Positions 9,239 to 18,200 of a stretch of DNA of 64,000 nucleotides are shown in pieces. Both the position numbers and the translations under genes were made by a program. The notes under the pieces are model-generated. The model was given only the letters and a program-made list of their open reading frames with translations, searched no databases and was not told the origin of the DNA. Location of the stretch: the NCBI GenBank assembly GCA_044222065.1, contig JBGAOA010000001.1:32001-96000 (forward strand). Direction: 5' to 3'. This DNA comes from Candidatus Eiseniibacteriota bacterium. GTDB taxonomy: Bacteria; Eisenbacteria; RBG-16-71-46. How positions within the stretch are numbered: position 1 is the first letter of the stretch; every line of letters starts with the position of its first letter.

Positions 9239-10279
9239 ATGAGACGCCTGATCGTTCTCCTGACCGTCGTGCTGACGATGGGTGTGGGGGCGTCTGCTCT
9301 GGCGGGAGATTTCCACGTCGGTACGAACCTGGTCTGCAGTGACTGCCACATCGCGCACTACAGCCAGACTCACAGCTACTCCGGCAGTGGAACCGTGTTC
9401 CCGCCTCTCGGCGCCGGCGGTCCGTTCACCAACCTGCTCCGTGACGAAGAGGTGAAGATGTGCCTCGCCTGCCACGACGGGCAGTCGTGGGCGCCGGACG
9501 TCTTCGGTGCCAGCGCGACCAACAACCGTCGTCTCGCGGGTGGTCTGAACGCCGCCGCGGGGCACGGACTCACCAATGACGCCGGTTACGACGAGATCGA
9601 CGGCCACACGATGTTCTCGACGGCGATGCCTCCGGGCGGCACCGGAACCGCGTACGTTCCGGGCGGCGAGGGGCTCATCTGCACGAACTGCCACGCTCAG
9701 CACGGTTCGGCCTCGCAGTACCGCAACCTGCTCAACCGCGGGATCTTCGCGGGTGACACGCTGAACTACGCGATCGGCACGAACGACCTGACGAAGGCCG
9801 TGTTCGAGCGCAGCGCGGCTTCGTACGTCGAGACGGACGTCGACTTCAACGAGCCGAATCCGACGAACAGTCACTACGGCGCCTGGTGCCAGAACTGCCA
9901 CGTGGACTTCCACGGCTCCGGCGGCGCGGCGAACATGGGTGGCCAGTCGGGCGGCGTCACCGCGGCCAACACCAACCCGTGGAAGCGTCACCCCGTCGCG
10001 GACGTCAACATCGGCACGCCGGGCGCGACGTTCATCAGCAGTCTCGCGCGCTTCAATGGCCTCACGAATCGCGTGAAGGTGATGGACTCGCAGGGTCTGT
10101 GGAACGGCACGACCGCAGACAACACCGTCACTCCGTCCTGCATGAGCTGCCACAAGGCTCACGGCAACAAGAACACGTTCGGTCTGATCTTCATGATCGG
10201 TAGCGGAACGCCGACGGAAGACGGCGACGGTGGTGTGTACAAGGACCTGTGCCGTCAGTGCCACGTGCAGGGCGCGTAG
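9239..10279 (+). CDS. Hexaheme c-type cytochrome, OmcS-like (candidate nanowire subunit)
   Basis: Sec signal ending ALA; six CxxCH (CSDCH, CLACH, CTNCH, CQNCH, CMSCH, CRQCH). Motif order FH-x6-CxxCHxxH...LL..CLxCH...GH..PGG..LxCxxCHxxHG..YR.L...WCxNCHxDxH...RHP...CxSCHxAH...LCxxCH-end parallels Geobacter OmcS as I recall it. GAGGAG RBS. Confidence 0.85.
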   Translation: MRRLIVLLTVVLTMGVGASALAGDFHVGTNLVCSDCHIAHYSQTHSYSGSGTVFPPLGAGGPFTNLLRDEEVKMCLACHDGQSWAPDVFGASATNNRRLAGGLNAAAGHGLTNDAGYDEIDGHTMFSTAMPPGGTGTAYVPGGEGLICTNCHAQHGSASQYRNLLNRGIFAGDTLNYAIGTNDLTKAVFERSAASYVETDVDFNEPNPTNSHYGAWCQNCHVDFHGSGGAANMGGQSGGVTAANTNPWKRHPVADVNIGTPGATFISSLARFNGLTNRVKVMDSQGLWNGTTADNTVTPSCMSCHKAHGNKNTFGLIFMIGSGTPTEDGDGGVYKDLCRQCHVQGA

Positions 10280-10329
10280 CTCGCGCACCGGCTTCGTGAG
10301 CTGATCGGTTTCGAGAAGTCGAAGCACGT

Positions 10330-10369
10330 CACCGAAGGGTGCGGGTCATTCGATCCGCACCCGACGGTG
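10330..10369 (+). promoter_or_regulatory. Intercistronic stem-loop after the OmcS-like gene (mRNA stabiliser or partial terminator)
   Basis: GGGTGCGGGTC-attc-GATCCGCACCC (10337-10362) flanked by CACCG/CGGTG; no U-tract. Confidence 0.5.
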
Positions 10370-10389
10370 CCGAAGGGGCGGAGGGGAGC

Positions 10390-11835
10390 ATGAACGAGCG
10401 CAGACAGCCGGGCCGCGACCGGCCGGGTCCGAACGCGCCCGTGATGCGGCTCGCCGCCTTCGCGCTGCTCGGTGGCGCCGTGATCCTGCTGTGCGCCGCC
10501 GCCCCGAAGTTCCGCGCGCCGCGCTCGGCGAAGGCGATCCAGGAACTGATGGCCGACGGACCGCACGCCGCCGATTGCGACCCCTGCCACTCCGCGCACG
10601 GCGAGGGCGCGACGCCGCAGGAGAACCTGCTGCTCGGCCCGAACGACAACAACCTGTGCCTCGACTGCCACACGGACCCGTGGACGAACGGCAGTTTCGC
10701 GGGCGCGCCGCTCTACGCCGGTTCGGCGCACGGCGCGGGCACGAACAACACGTGGCCCGGCCCGGATCCGCCCGCGCGGCTCGAGCCCGGCGCCGGCGGC
10801 AAGTGCGTCAACTGCCACGACCCGCACGGCTGGACCGACACGAACGGCCGCATCCCGCTGCTCGCGCTCCAGCGCGAAGAGAAGCTGTGCCTCACCTGCC
10901 ACGACGGTGCGCCGGCGACGACGCAGGTGATGGCGGACTTGCTCAAGCCCTTCCGGCACCCGACCACGGACTTCACCGGACGCCACACGGGACCGGGCGA
11001 GATCGCGCCGACCGACTACGGTCGCTCGCCGCTGAACCGGCGCCACGCCGAGTGCGAGGACTGTCACAACCCGCACGTCTCGCGCGCCGACGCGCCGGGC
11101 GGCCCGTCCGGCAGCGACGCGTCGCTCACGACGCTCGGCACGAGCCGCGTGATTCCGCTCAACGGCATCTCGGGGAGCGTGCCGCTCTACACGTTCGTGC
11201 CGGCCTCCGACACGCTCACGGGACCGGTCACGGAGTACCAGTTGTGCTTCAAGTGCCACAGCTCGTGGACCACGCAGCCCTCGGGACAGACCGACTTCGG
11301 GCGCGTGCTCAATCCCGCGAATCCCTCGTTCCACCCGGTCGAAGACCTCGGCAGGAATCCCGGCATCGCACCCGGCGCGTTCACGAGCGGCTGGTCGGCG
11401 GCCTCGCTCACGCGCTGCGGCGACTGCCACGGCTCCGACTTCGGCCTCACGAGCGGCCCGCACGGTTCGATCTACCCGGGCCTGCTCAAGGCGCCCTACG
11501 ACCCGTCGCCGCTCGAGCGCTCGATGGGCTCGGACGAACTGTGCTTCCGCTGCCACAGTCACGAGGTGTACGCGGACCACAACGCGCCGTCGTCGGTCCT
11601 CGAGGCGTCGCGATTCAATCCGCCCCGCGGCGAGGAGGGCCACGCGGAACACGTCGGCAAGGAGCAGATCCCGTGCGGCGCGTGCCACGCGACGCACGGC
11701 TCGACCACGCTGCCGTTCCTGCTCGTGACCGGGCGCAACCCCGGCATCAACTCGTACACGCGCACCGCGTCGGGGGGCACCTGCGCTCCGACCTGCCACG
11801 ACTCCGAGTCGTACACGGTGAACTATGCGCGCTGA
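10390..11835 (+). CDS. Multiheme c-type cytochrome (9 CxxCH + 1 CxxxCH)
   Basis: CDPCH, CLDCH, CVNCH, CLTCH, CEDCH, CFKCH, CGDCH, CFRCH, CGACH and terminal CAPTCH; N-terminal hydrophobic segment; GAGGGGAG RBS. Confidence 0.9.
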   Translation: MNERRQPGRDRPGPNAPVMRLAAFALLGGAVILLCAAAPKFRAPRSAKAIQELMADGPHAADCDPCHSAHGEGATPQENLLLGPNDNNLCLDCHTDPWTNGSFAGAPLYAGSAHGAGTNNTWPGPDPPARLEPGAGGKCVNCHDPHGWTDTNGRIPLLALQREEKLCLTCHDGAPATTQVMADLLKPFRHPTTDFTGRHTGPGEIAPTDYGRSPLNRRHAECEDCHNPHVSRADAPGGPSGSDASLTTLGTSRVIPLNGISGSVPLYTFVPASDTLTGPVTEYQLCFKCHSSWTTQPSGQTDFGRVLNPANPSFHPVEDLGRNPGIAPGAFTSGWSAASLTRCGDCHGSDFGLTSGPHGSIYPGLLKAPYDPSPLERSMGSDELCFRCHSHEVYADHNAPSSVLEASRFNPPRGEEGHAEHVGKEQIPCGACHATHGSTTLPFLLVTGRNPGINSYTRTASGGTCAPTCHDSESYTVNYAR

Positions 11836-13537
11836 GGTCCGCGCCCGCGCGCTGCGGATCGCGGCGCTCGCGTTCACGGCGCTCGCCGCGTTCGCTCACG
11901 ACGTCCGCGCGCAGTACGTGACGGGCTACCTCAAGGGCCAGTTCCAGGTGTTCGAGGACCAGGCGCTCGTTCCGAACGGCGACGGCACGTTCCGCACCGA
12001 CTGGAAGCGCACGGAGCGCTGGACGCAGACGATCGAACTGCAGCACGTCGCGCAGCCCCGTTCCGACCTGCGCGTGATGTCGAACTTCCGCTACACCGAT
12101 CTCTCGTACTCGAAGCTGCCCGACGCGAGCCGCTCGCCGCAGGGGAGCGTCCAGGTGACGCACCCGTGGGCGAGCCTGTTCGCCGCGTATCGGCCGTCCA
12201 CGGTGACGGGCGGCCTCGGCGCCACGGGCGTGAGCGCGGGCGACTCCGCGCGCGCCGGCGCGATCACGGCGCGATCGCAGGAGACGATGCTGCTCGGGCA
12301 GATCGCGCCTCCGAACCTGCCGCGGCTCGACGTCTCGTGGAACCGCCGCCATCGGAACGCCGACGTGCTCTCGCCCGAGGAGGCGGGCGTCAACCGCAAC
12401 GCGCGCCTGTCGTGGACGCGCGGCGCGCTGTCGAGCTACGCCTCGCTCGGCGACCAGTCGATCGACCACCCGGCCCAGAACACGCGCGGGACGACGCAGC
12501 GCACGGGCGGCGCGGGTGCGGCGCTCCACCTCACGCCGACGCGGCAGACCGCGATGGACCTGCAGTACGACTTCGCCGACGCTCGCAGCGGGAACGCGAC
12601 GCTCACCGCCGGCTCGTCGCGCTCCCACAACGCTTCGTTCAACGGCACGCTGCAGCAGCGCGCCGACATGGCCTGGAACGCGAACTGGATGTTCCGCCGC
12701 TCGCAGGCGCGCGGTCCGCGCACCACGACGCTCGACGACCACGAGGCCGCGCTCAACTGGTCGTTCGATCCGCGCGGCCCGCTGCGCCTGCTCGCCGCCG
12801 GCGGCACCCGCACCGCGCGCACCGTCGCGGGCAGCGGGCTCTCGGAGTACGCCTCGGCCGTCGCGTCGCTCGACGGCGACGTGCGCCCGGGCTGGCGCGG
12901 CACCGCGACCGCCTCGCACGTCACGAACTGGGATCCCGGTCACGGCACCTACTCCGTGGACGCGGGCCGCATCGGCTCGCGTCTGCGGCTCGCGCGCGGC
13001 CTCGAAGCGAACGTGGACGCGTCGGTGACCGCGAACGGCGACACCGGCGTGCGCGACTCGCGCGTCGTGAGCGACGCCTCCGGGCGGCTGCGCGCGACGC
13101 CGCTGCGCAGCCTCAACGTCGGGCTGTCGGCCCGCATCTATCGTTCGGGCCCGACGCTCGCCGACGGAAACTCGCGCGCGCGCTCGATCCTGTGGGACGT
13201 GCGGTGGCGGGTCGTGCCGACGCTCGAGCTGACCGGTTCGAGCTCGATCACCGGCGTGCTGCCGAACGACCGGCCGCGCAACACGACGCGGCTCGCCGGC
13301 GCGCGCTGGAATCCGTTCGCGCGCGTGCAGCTCGCGGCCGACTGGTCGAAGAGCGACCAGTCGCGCACCGACAGCAGCGCGCAGCCGGTGAGCGGGCGCG
13401 AGATCGCATCCGCGCACCTGCTCGCGTTACTCTCCCGCTCGCTCCAACTCGATGCGTCGGGGAGCATCGCGGATCGCGGCACCGCGCGCGAAAATCGTCA
13501 GATGAACGTTTCGTTGACCTGGGCCCTCGGGAGATGA
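11825..13537 (+). CDS. Putative outer-membrane beta-barrel protein
   Basis: Signal peptide (..AHDVRA-Q), many amphipathic strands with alternating aromatic residues (e.g. MDLQYDF, WNANWMF, LNWSF), C-terminal MNVSLTWALGR; no heme motifs. Confidence 0.7.
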   Translation: MRAEVRARALRIAALAFTALAAFAHDVRAQYVTGYLKGQFQVFEDQALVPNGDGTFRTDWKRTERWTQTIELQHVAQPRSDLRVMSNFRYTDLSYSKLPDASRSPQGSVQVTHPWASLFAAYRPSTVTGGLGATGVSAGDSARAGAITARSQETMLLGQIAPPNLPRLDVSWNRRHRNADVLSPEEAGVNRNARLSWTRGALSSYASLGDQSIDHPAQNTRGTTQRTGGAGAALHLTPTRQTAMDLQYDFADARSGNATLTAGSSRSHNASFNGTLQQRADMAWNANWMFRRSQARGPRTTTLDDHEAALNWSFDPRGPLRLLAAGGTRTARTVAGSGLSEYASAVASLDGDVRPGWRGTATASHVTNWDPGHGTYSVDAGRIGSRLRLARGLEANVDASVTANGDTGVRDSRVVSDASGRLRATPLRSLNVGLSARIYRSGPTLADGNSRARSILWDVRWRVVPTLELTGSSSITGVLPNDRPRNTTRLAGARWNPFARVQLAADWSKSDQSRTDSSAQPVSGREIASAHLLALLSRSLQLDASGSIADRGTARENRQMNVSLTWALGR

Positions 13538-14136
13538 CCATGTCCGCAGCGCTGCTCCGACTCGCGCGACTCGGCGGCGCGACGCTCGCGCTCGCGACGC
13601 TTGCCTCGTGCGGGGCGTCCCCGCGGCTGTTCGTGAACAAGCAGGCCGATCTCGGTTACTACAAGAAGATCGCGGTAGTCCCGTTCGCGAACCTCGCGCA
13701 GGAGCCGAACGCGGGCGAGCGAGTGACGCGGGCGTTCATGACCGAACTCGTGATCGCCGAGCGCTTCCAGGTCGTGGAGCCCGGGGAGTTCTACGAGCGG
13801 CTCGACCGCATCGGCGGCGTGCCCGACGCGCAGGGGCACGCCGATCCGCAGAAGCTCGTCGACGCCGCGACGGCCGCGCAGGCGAATGCGATCATCCGCG
13901 GCGCCGTGACCGAGTACTCGCTCCAGCGCAACGGCTCCGACGAGTTCCCGCTCGTGACGTTCGAAGCCGAGATGCTCGACGTCGCCACGAAGCAGACGGT
14001 CTGGCGCATCACCGTGACCGAGAAGGGCAAGGGCCGCGTGCCGCTCGTCGGCGGCATGGGCGAGCGCAGCTTCGGCGCCGTCACGCAGCAGGCGTGCAAG
14101 CGCGCGGTCGCGGTCCTGAGGCGGGAGGCGTTTTGA
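13534..14136 (+). CDS. Lipoprotein, CsgG/PelC/TolB-N-like fold
   Basis: Lipobox LASC; KIAVVPFANL...F.VVE...AIIRGAVTEY...MLDVATKQTVW pattern; ATGA overlap with the barrel gene stop. Confidence 0.75.
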   Translation: MTMSAALLRLARLGGATLALATLASCGASPRLFVNKQADLGYYKKIAVVPFANLAQEPNAGERVTRAFMTELVIAERFQVVEPGEFYERLDRIGGVPDAQGHADPQKLVDAATAAQANAIIRGAVTEYSLQRNGSDEFPLVTFEAEMLDVATKQTVWRITVTEKGKGRVPLVGGMGERSFGAVTQQACKRAVAVLRREAF

Positions 14137-14759
14137 GTCCCCGCGCCCCGATCCGGCCCGTGCGCGGCGCCGCGCTCGCGCTCGGCGCCGCGCTCCTGCT
14201 CGGCGGCTGCGCCGCGAGCGTCCCGCCGCCGATGCCCGTCGGCGCGCTCGCGAACCTGCCGCGCGTCGCGATGATGCCGCTCGAGAACCTGTCGGGACGC
14301 CCCGAGGCGACCGAGCCCGTGACGCGGATCTTCCTCGGCGCCCTCGGCGAGACGCGGCAGTGCCAGACGATCGAGCCCGGCGACGTCGAGGGCGTGTTCA
14401 CCGTGCTGCGCATCCGCGACGCGACCGGACTGACCTCGGACCGGGTGCCCGAGGTTGCATCCCGGCTCGGGGCGCGCTATCTCCTCGCCGGCACGCTGCT
14501 CGAGTACGGGTCGGTGCGCTCGCCGGACGGGGACGTGCCGACCGTCGGCGTGTCGCTGCGGCTCATCGACGGGAAGAACGCGCGCGTCGTGTGGAGCGCG
14601 ATGCGCGTGCGTTCGGGAGAGGATCGCGAAACGATGTTCGGGTGGGGCCGCGTGAGGAGCGTGGATCAGCTCGCCGATCGCATCGCGCGCGAGCTGCTCC
14701 GGGATTTCCGGTTGCCGGCGGAAGGGGATTCCGCGGCAGTGGGAGGGGGAGGACGATGA
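14133..14759 (+). CDS. Lipoprotein, CsgG/PelC/TolB-N-like fold (paralog of upstream gene)
   Basis: Lipobox LGGC; RVAMMPLENL...YLLAGTLLEYG...VGVSLRLIDGKNARVVW; TTG start overlaps the upstream TGA. Confidence 0.75.
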   Translation: MSPRAPIRPVRGAALALGAALLLGGCAASVPPPMPVGALANLPRVAMMPLENLSGRPEATEPVTRIFLGALGETRQCQTIEPGDVEGVFTVLRIRDATGLTSDRVPEVASRLGARYLLAGTLLEYGSVRSPDGDVPTVGVSLRLIDGKNARVVWSAMRVRSGEDRETMFGWGRVRSVDQLADRIARELLRDFRLPAEGDSAAVGGGGR

Positions 14760-15286
14760 AGGGACGAACGGGAAGCGCGATGGGTTTGGCGGTGGCGTTC
14801 GCGATCGCGACGGCCGCGTGGGCGCACGGCGCCGCGCCGGCCGCGCCGCCGAAGGGCGCGCCCTCCGCGGCGAACTCGCCCGCGGGCGCGCCGCTCAAGT
14901 TGAAGACGGTGTCGCTGATGATCGGTCATCGCGCGTTCACCGACTTCCGCGACGACGTGTCGGTGCGCCCGCACACGCTGTTCCGCGTCGGCGACACCGA
15001 GTACTCCGCGAAGGTGGTCGAGTTCCAGCCCGACTTCGCCATGGACGTGAAGAAGCACAAGATCACCTCGCGCTCGAACGAGCCGAAGAACCCGGCGGTG
15101 AAGATCGTCGTGTGGAAGAACGGCGCGGCGGACGACACGTCGTGGGCGTTCCTCAACATGCCGCCGCACTTCATGCGCAAGTCCATGCTCGCGTTCCGGC
15201 TCGTGAAGCTCGAGTTCGAGAACGGCCGCGTGATCGAGGCTCCGAAGGACACGACGGCGGTCCGGACCGGGAGCGCCCATAAATGA
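14756..15286 (+). CDS. Small exported protein, possibly DUF2155/ResB-like beta domain
   Basis: Signal peptide ending AWA; FQPDFAMD...ITSRSNEPKNPAVKIVV...WAF motif; translationally coupled at both ends. Confidence 0.6.
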   Translation: MKGRTGSAMGLAVAFAIATAAWAHGAAPAAPPKGAPSAANSPAGAPLKLKTVSLMIGHRAFTDFRDDVSVRPHTLFRVGDTEYSAKVVEFQPDFAMDVKKHKITSRSNEPKNPAVKIVVWKNGAADDTSWAFLNMPPHFMRKSMLAFRLVKLEFENGRVIEAPKDTTAVRTGSAHK

Positions 15287-18200
15287 ACCGCGCTCCGCGC
15301 CGCGTCCTCCGCTTCGCCGCCCTCGCGCTGCTCGCGCTCGCGGCGTTCACGCTCGTGCCCTCGGCCACGGCGTTCGCGAAGCCGAAGGGACAGGCGCGCA
15401 GCTGTTACGACTGCCACACCGAATCGAAGAAGGCGTACGCGAAGAAGTTCGTGCACGCGCCCGTCGCGAAGGTGAAGTGCGAAGCGTGCCACCTGAGCCA
15501 CGGGTTCCAGCAGAAGCTCGTTCTCGTGAAGCCGGCCGAGCAGCTGTGCTTCGACTGCCACGCGGACCTGCAGAAGCGTCCGGCGCCGAAGTTCCCGCAC
15601 GCGGCGTACGCGAAGGGCGAGTGCTACGGCTGTCACGATTCCCACGCGAGCGACACGCCGCACCTCGTGCGCGACGGCGGCCCGGCCGCGTCGTGCTTCA
15701 AGTGCCACGAGGCGACGGCGAAAGAGACGAAGCTGGCCGTCCAGCACGCGCCGTTCCTCAAGGGCGCGTGCGGCGATTGCCACGCGCCGCACGGCGGCGC
15801 CGAGGCGAAGCTGCTCACGGCGGCGCCCGACGCGCTGTGCGCGAAGTGCCACCCGGCCGCAGCCGTGGACGCGAAGCACACGAAGGTGCAGCGCGGCGGA
15901 CTCGCGTGCCTCGACTGCCACGCGGCGCACGCCTCGAGCGCTCCGAAGCTCGCGCGCGCCGGAGCGCACGCGCCGGTCGCCGAGGGCGACTGCGCCTCGT
16001 GTCACGTGATGGAAGCGGGCAAGGCGGGCAAGAAGCTCGTCGACAAGGTCCCGGCGCTCTGCCTCTCGTGCCACGACGACTTCGCGAACCTCGCGCAGCG
16101 CAAGTTCCCGCACGATCCGGCGGCCGAGGGCGACTGCCTCTCGTGCCACGACCCGCATCGCGGCGGCCCCGACGGCAAGCTGCTCAAGGCGTCGCAGAAC
16201 AAGCTGTGCGCCGAGTGCCACTCGGACACGATGGACGAGACGAAGCGCCCCGCGGTCCACAAGGCGTTCGCGCAGGGCGAGTGCTCCTCGTGCCACAACG
16301 TGCACGGCTCCTCGAACGAGCACCTCGCGAAGACGCCCGACGGCGCGATGTGCGCGACGTGCCACACGAAGGTCGCCGAGAAGATCGCGGCGCCGAAGGG
16401 CGTGCATTCGCCGGCCGGCAAGAAGGACTGCCTGCGCTGCCACACGCCGCACGCCGGCAAGCAGAACGCGCTGCTCGTCCAGGACGAGCGCACGCTGTGC
16501 CTGACCTGCCATGCGAGCACCGCGCGCAAGGTCGCCGGCAAGGGCGCGCATCCGCCCTTCAACGGCGGCAACTGCACCGCGTGCCACGATCCGCACCAGT
16601 CGAACCAGGCGAAGCTGCAGCGCGTGCCGACCGCCGAGCTGTGCGGCCGCTGCCATCCGGGCGTCGAGCGCCAGCTCAAGGCCGAGCACACGCACGACCC
16701 GGCGAAGCAGGGCGACTGCCTGTCGTGCCACGGCGCGCACGGCGGCGAGGGCAAGGGATTGCTGATTTCGAAGACGGCGACGCTGTGCGCCGACTGCCAC
16801 GACGACATCGCGAAGAAGGCGGCGGGGCCGGGCGGACACACGGCGGCGGCGACCGGAAAGTGCATCGCCTGCCACGAACCGCACGGCGGCGCGAAGCCGA
16901 AGCTGCTCAAGGCGAGCGGCGGCGCGCTGTGCAAGAGCTGTCACGCCGGCGTCGGCCAGGAAGGCGACGCGAAGCACGCGCCGGTGGAAGAGGGCGACTG
17001 CCTCACGTGCCACGATCCGCACGGCGGAGTCGCCGCGCCCGCGCTCAAGAAGCCGCCCGCGACGCTGTGCCTCGAGTGCCACGACACGGCCGATGCCGAC
17101 ATGAAGACGAAGCACCAGAACGGCGACCTCTCGGGCGGCCGCTGTCTGTCGTGCCACACGCCGCACGCGTCCAAGTCGCCCGGGCTGATCGGCGCGAACG
17201 CGCATCCGGGGTTCGCCGACAAGAACTGCACGAAGTGCCACGGCCCCGGCGCGCCGGCGGCGAAGAACCTGATCGCGGCGCCCGAGGCGCTGTGCGTGCG
17301 CTGCCACGACCAGGCGAAGCCGAAGGCCGAGGGCGCGCGCGTGCACGACCCCGTCACGAAGGGCCGCTGCGTGGTGTGCCACACGCCGCACGCGTCCGAC
17401 CGCAAGGGCCTCGTCACCGCGCCGCAGGAGCGGCTGTGCGCGACGTGCCACGCGACGGTCGCGAAGGACGCGGCGATGTCCCACGGGCACGCGCCGGTCG
17501 CCGACGGCCAGTGCGCGTCGTGCCACGATCCGCACCAGTCGCCGTGGCGCGGCCTCGTGAAGAAGAAGCCGTCGGACCTGTGCGCCGACTGCCACAAGGA
17601 CCTCGCGAAGCGCATCGCCGAAGGCGTGCCGCACGCGCCCGTCGGCCGCGGCATGTGCCTGAGCTGCCACGCGCCGCACGGCTCGGACAAGCCGGGCATG
17701 GTGCGCAAGGAAGGCGCTGCGCTGTGCTCGGGCTGCCACGATCCCAAGGGCGCGAAGCTGATCGCGAAGCACCCCGGGATGGCGATGGAGACGACGAAGT
17801 GCACGAGCTGCCACGATCCGCACGTGCAGGGCAAGAACCGGACGGGGCTCATCCGCCCGTTCCCGCACCTGCCGTTCGCGCGCGGCGAGTGCACGTCGTG
17901 TCACACGGCGAAGGGCGCGAAGACGCTCGTGCTCGACGAGAAGGACCTGTGCGTGAAGTGCCACGAGGCCTCGAAGAACTTCGCCTCGAAGCCGTTCCCG
18001 CACGCGGCCGTCACGTCGGGCGAGCGCTGCATGAGCTGCCACGAGCCGCACGCGGGTGGTGCGAAGGGGGTCCTCAAGCGCTCACCCGAGAAGCTGTGCT
18101 TCGACTGCCACGACCGTTCGGCCTTCAAGGGCTCGAAGCGCCACGAGGCGCTCGACGACGGCTGCAACGAGTGTCACGCGCCGCACGGCGGCGAAGGCCC

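Noticed and set aside
11825..13537. Naming the barrel MtrB and its neighbour MtrA
   Set aside because: No recognisable MtrB N-terminal CxxC or MtrA-specific pattern; gene symbols are not supportable.
14926..18051. Very long antisense or off-frame ORFs (e.g. 14926..18051 -, 15477..18590 +, 5895..9203 -, 45332..48439 -, 58549..61839 -)
   Set aside because: Arg/Ala/Pro-rich shadows of real genes, caused by scarce stop codons in high-GC DNA; no motifs.
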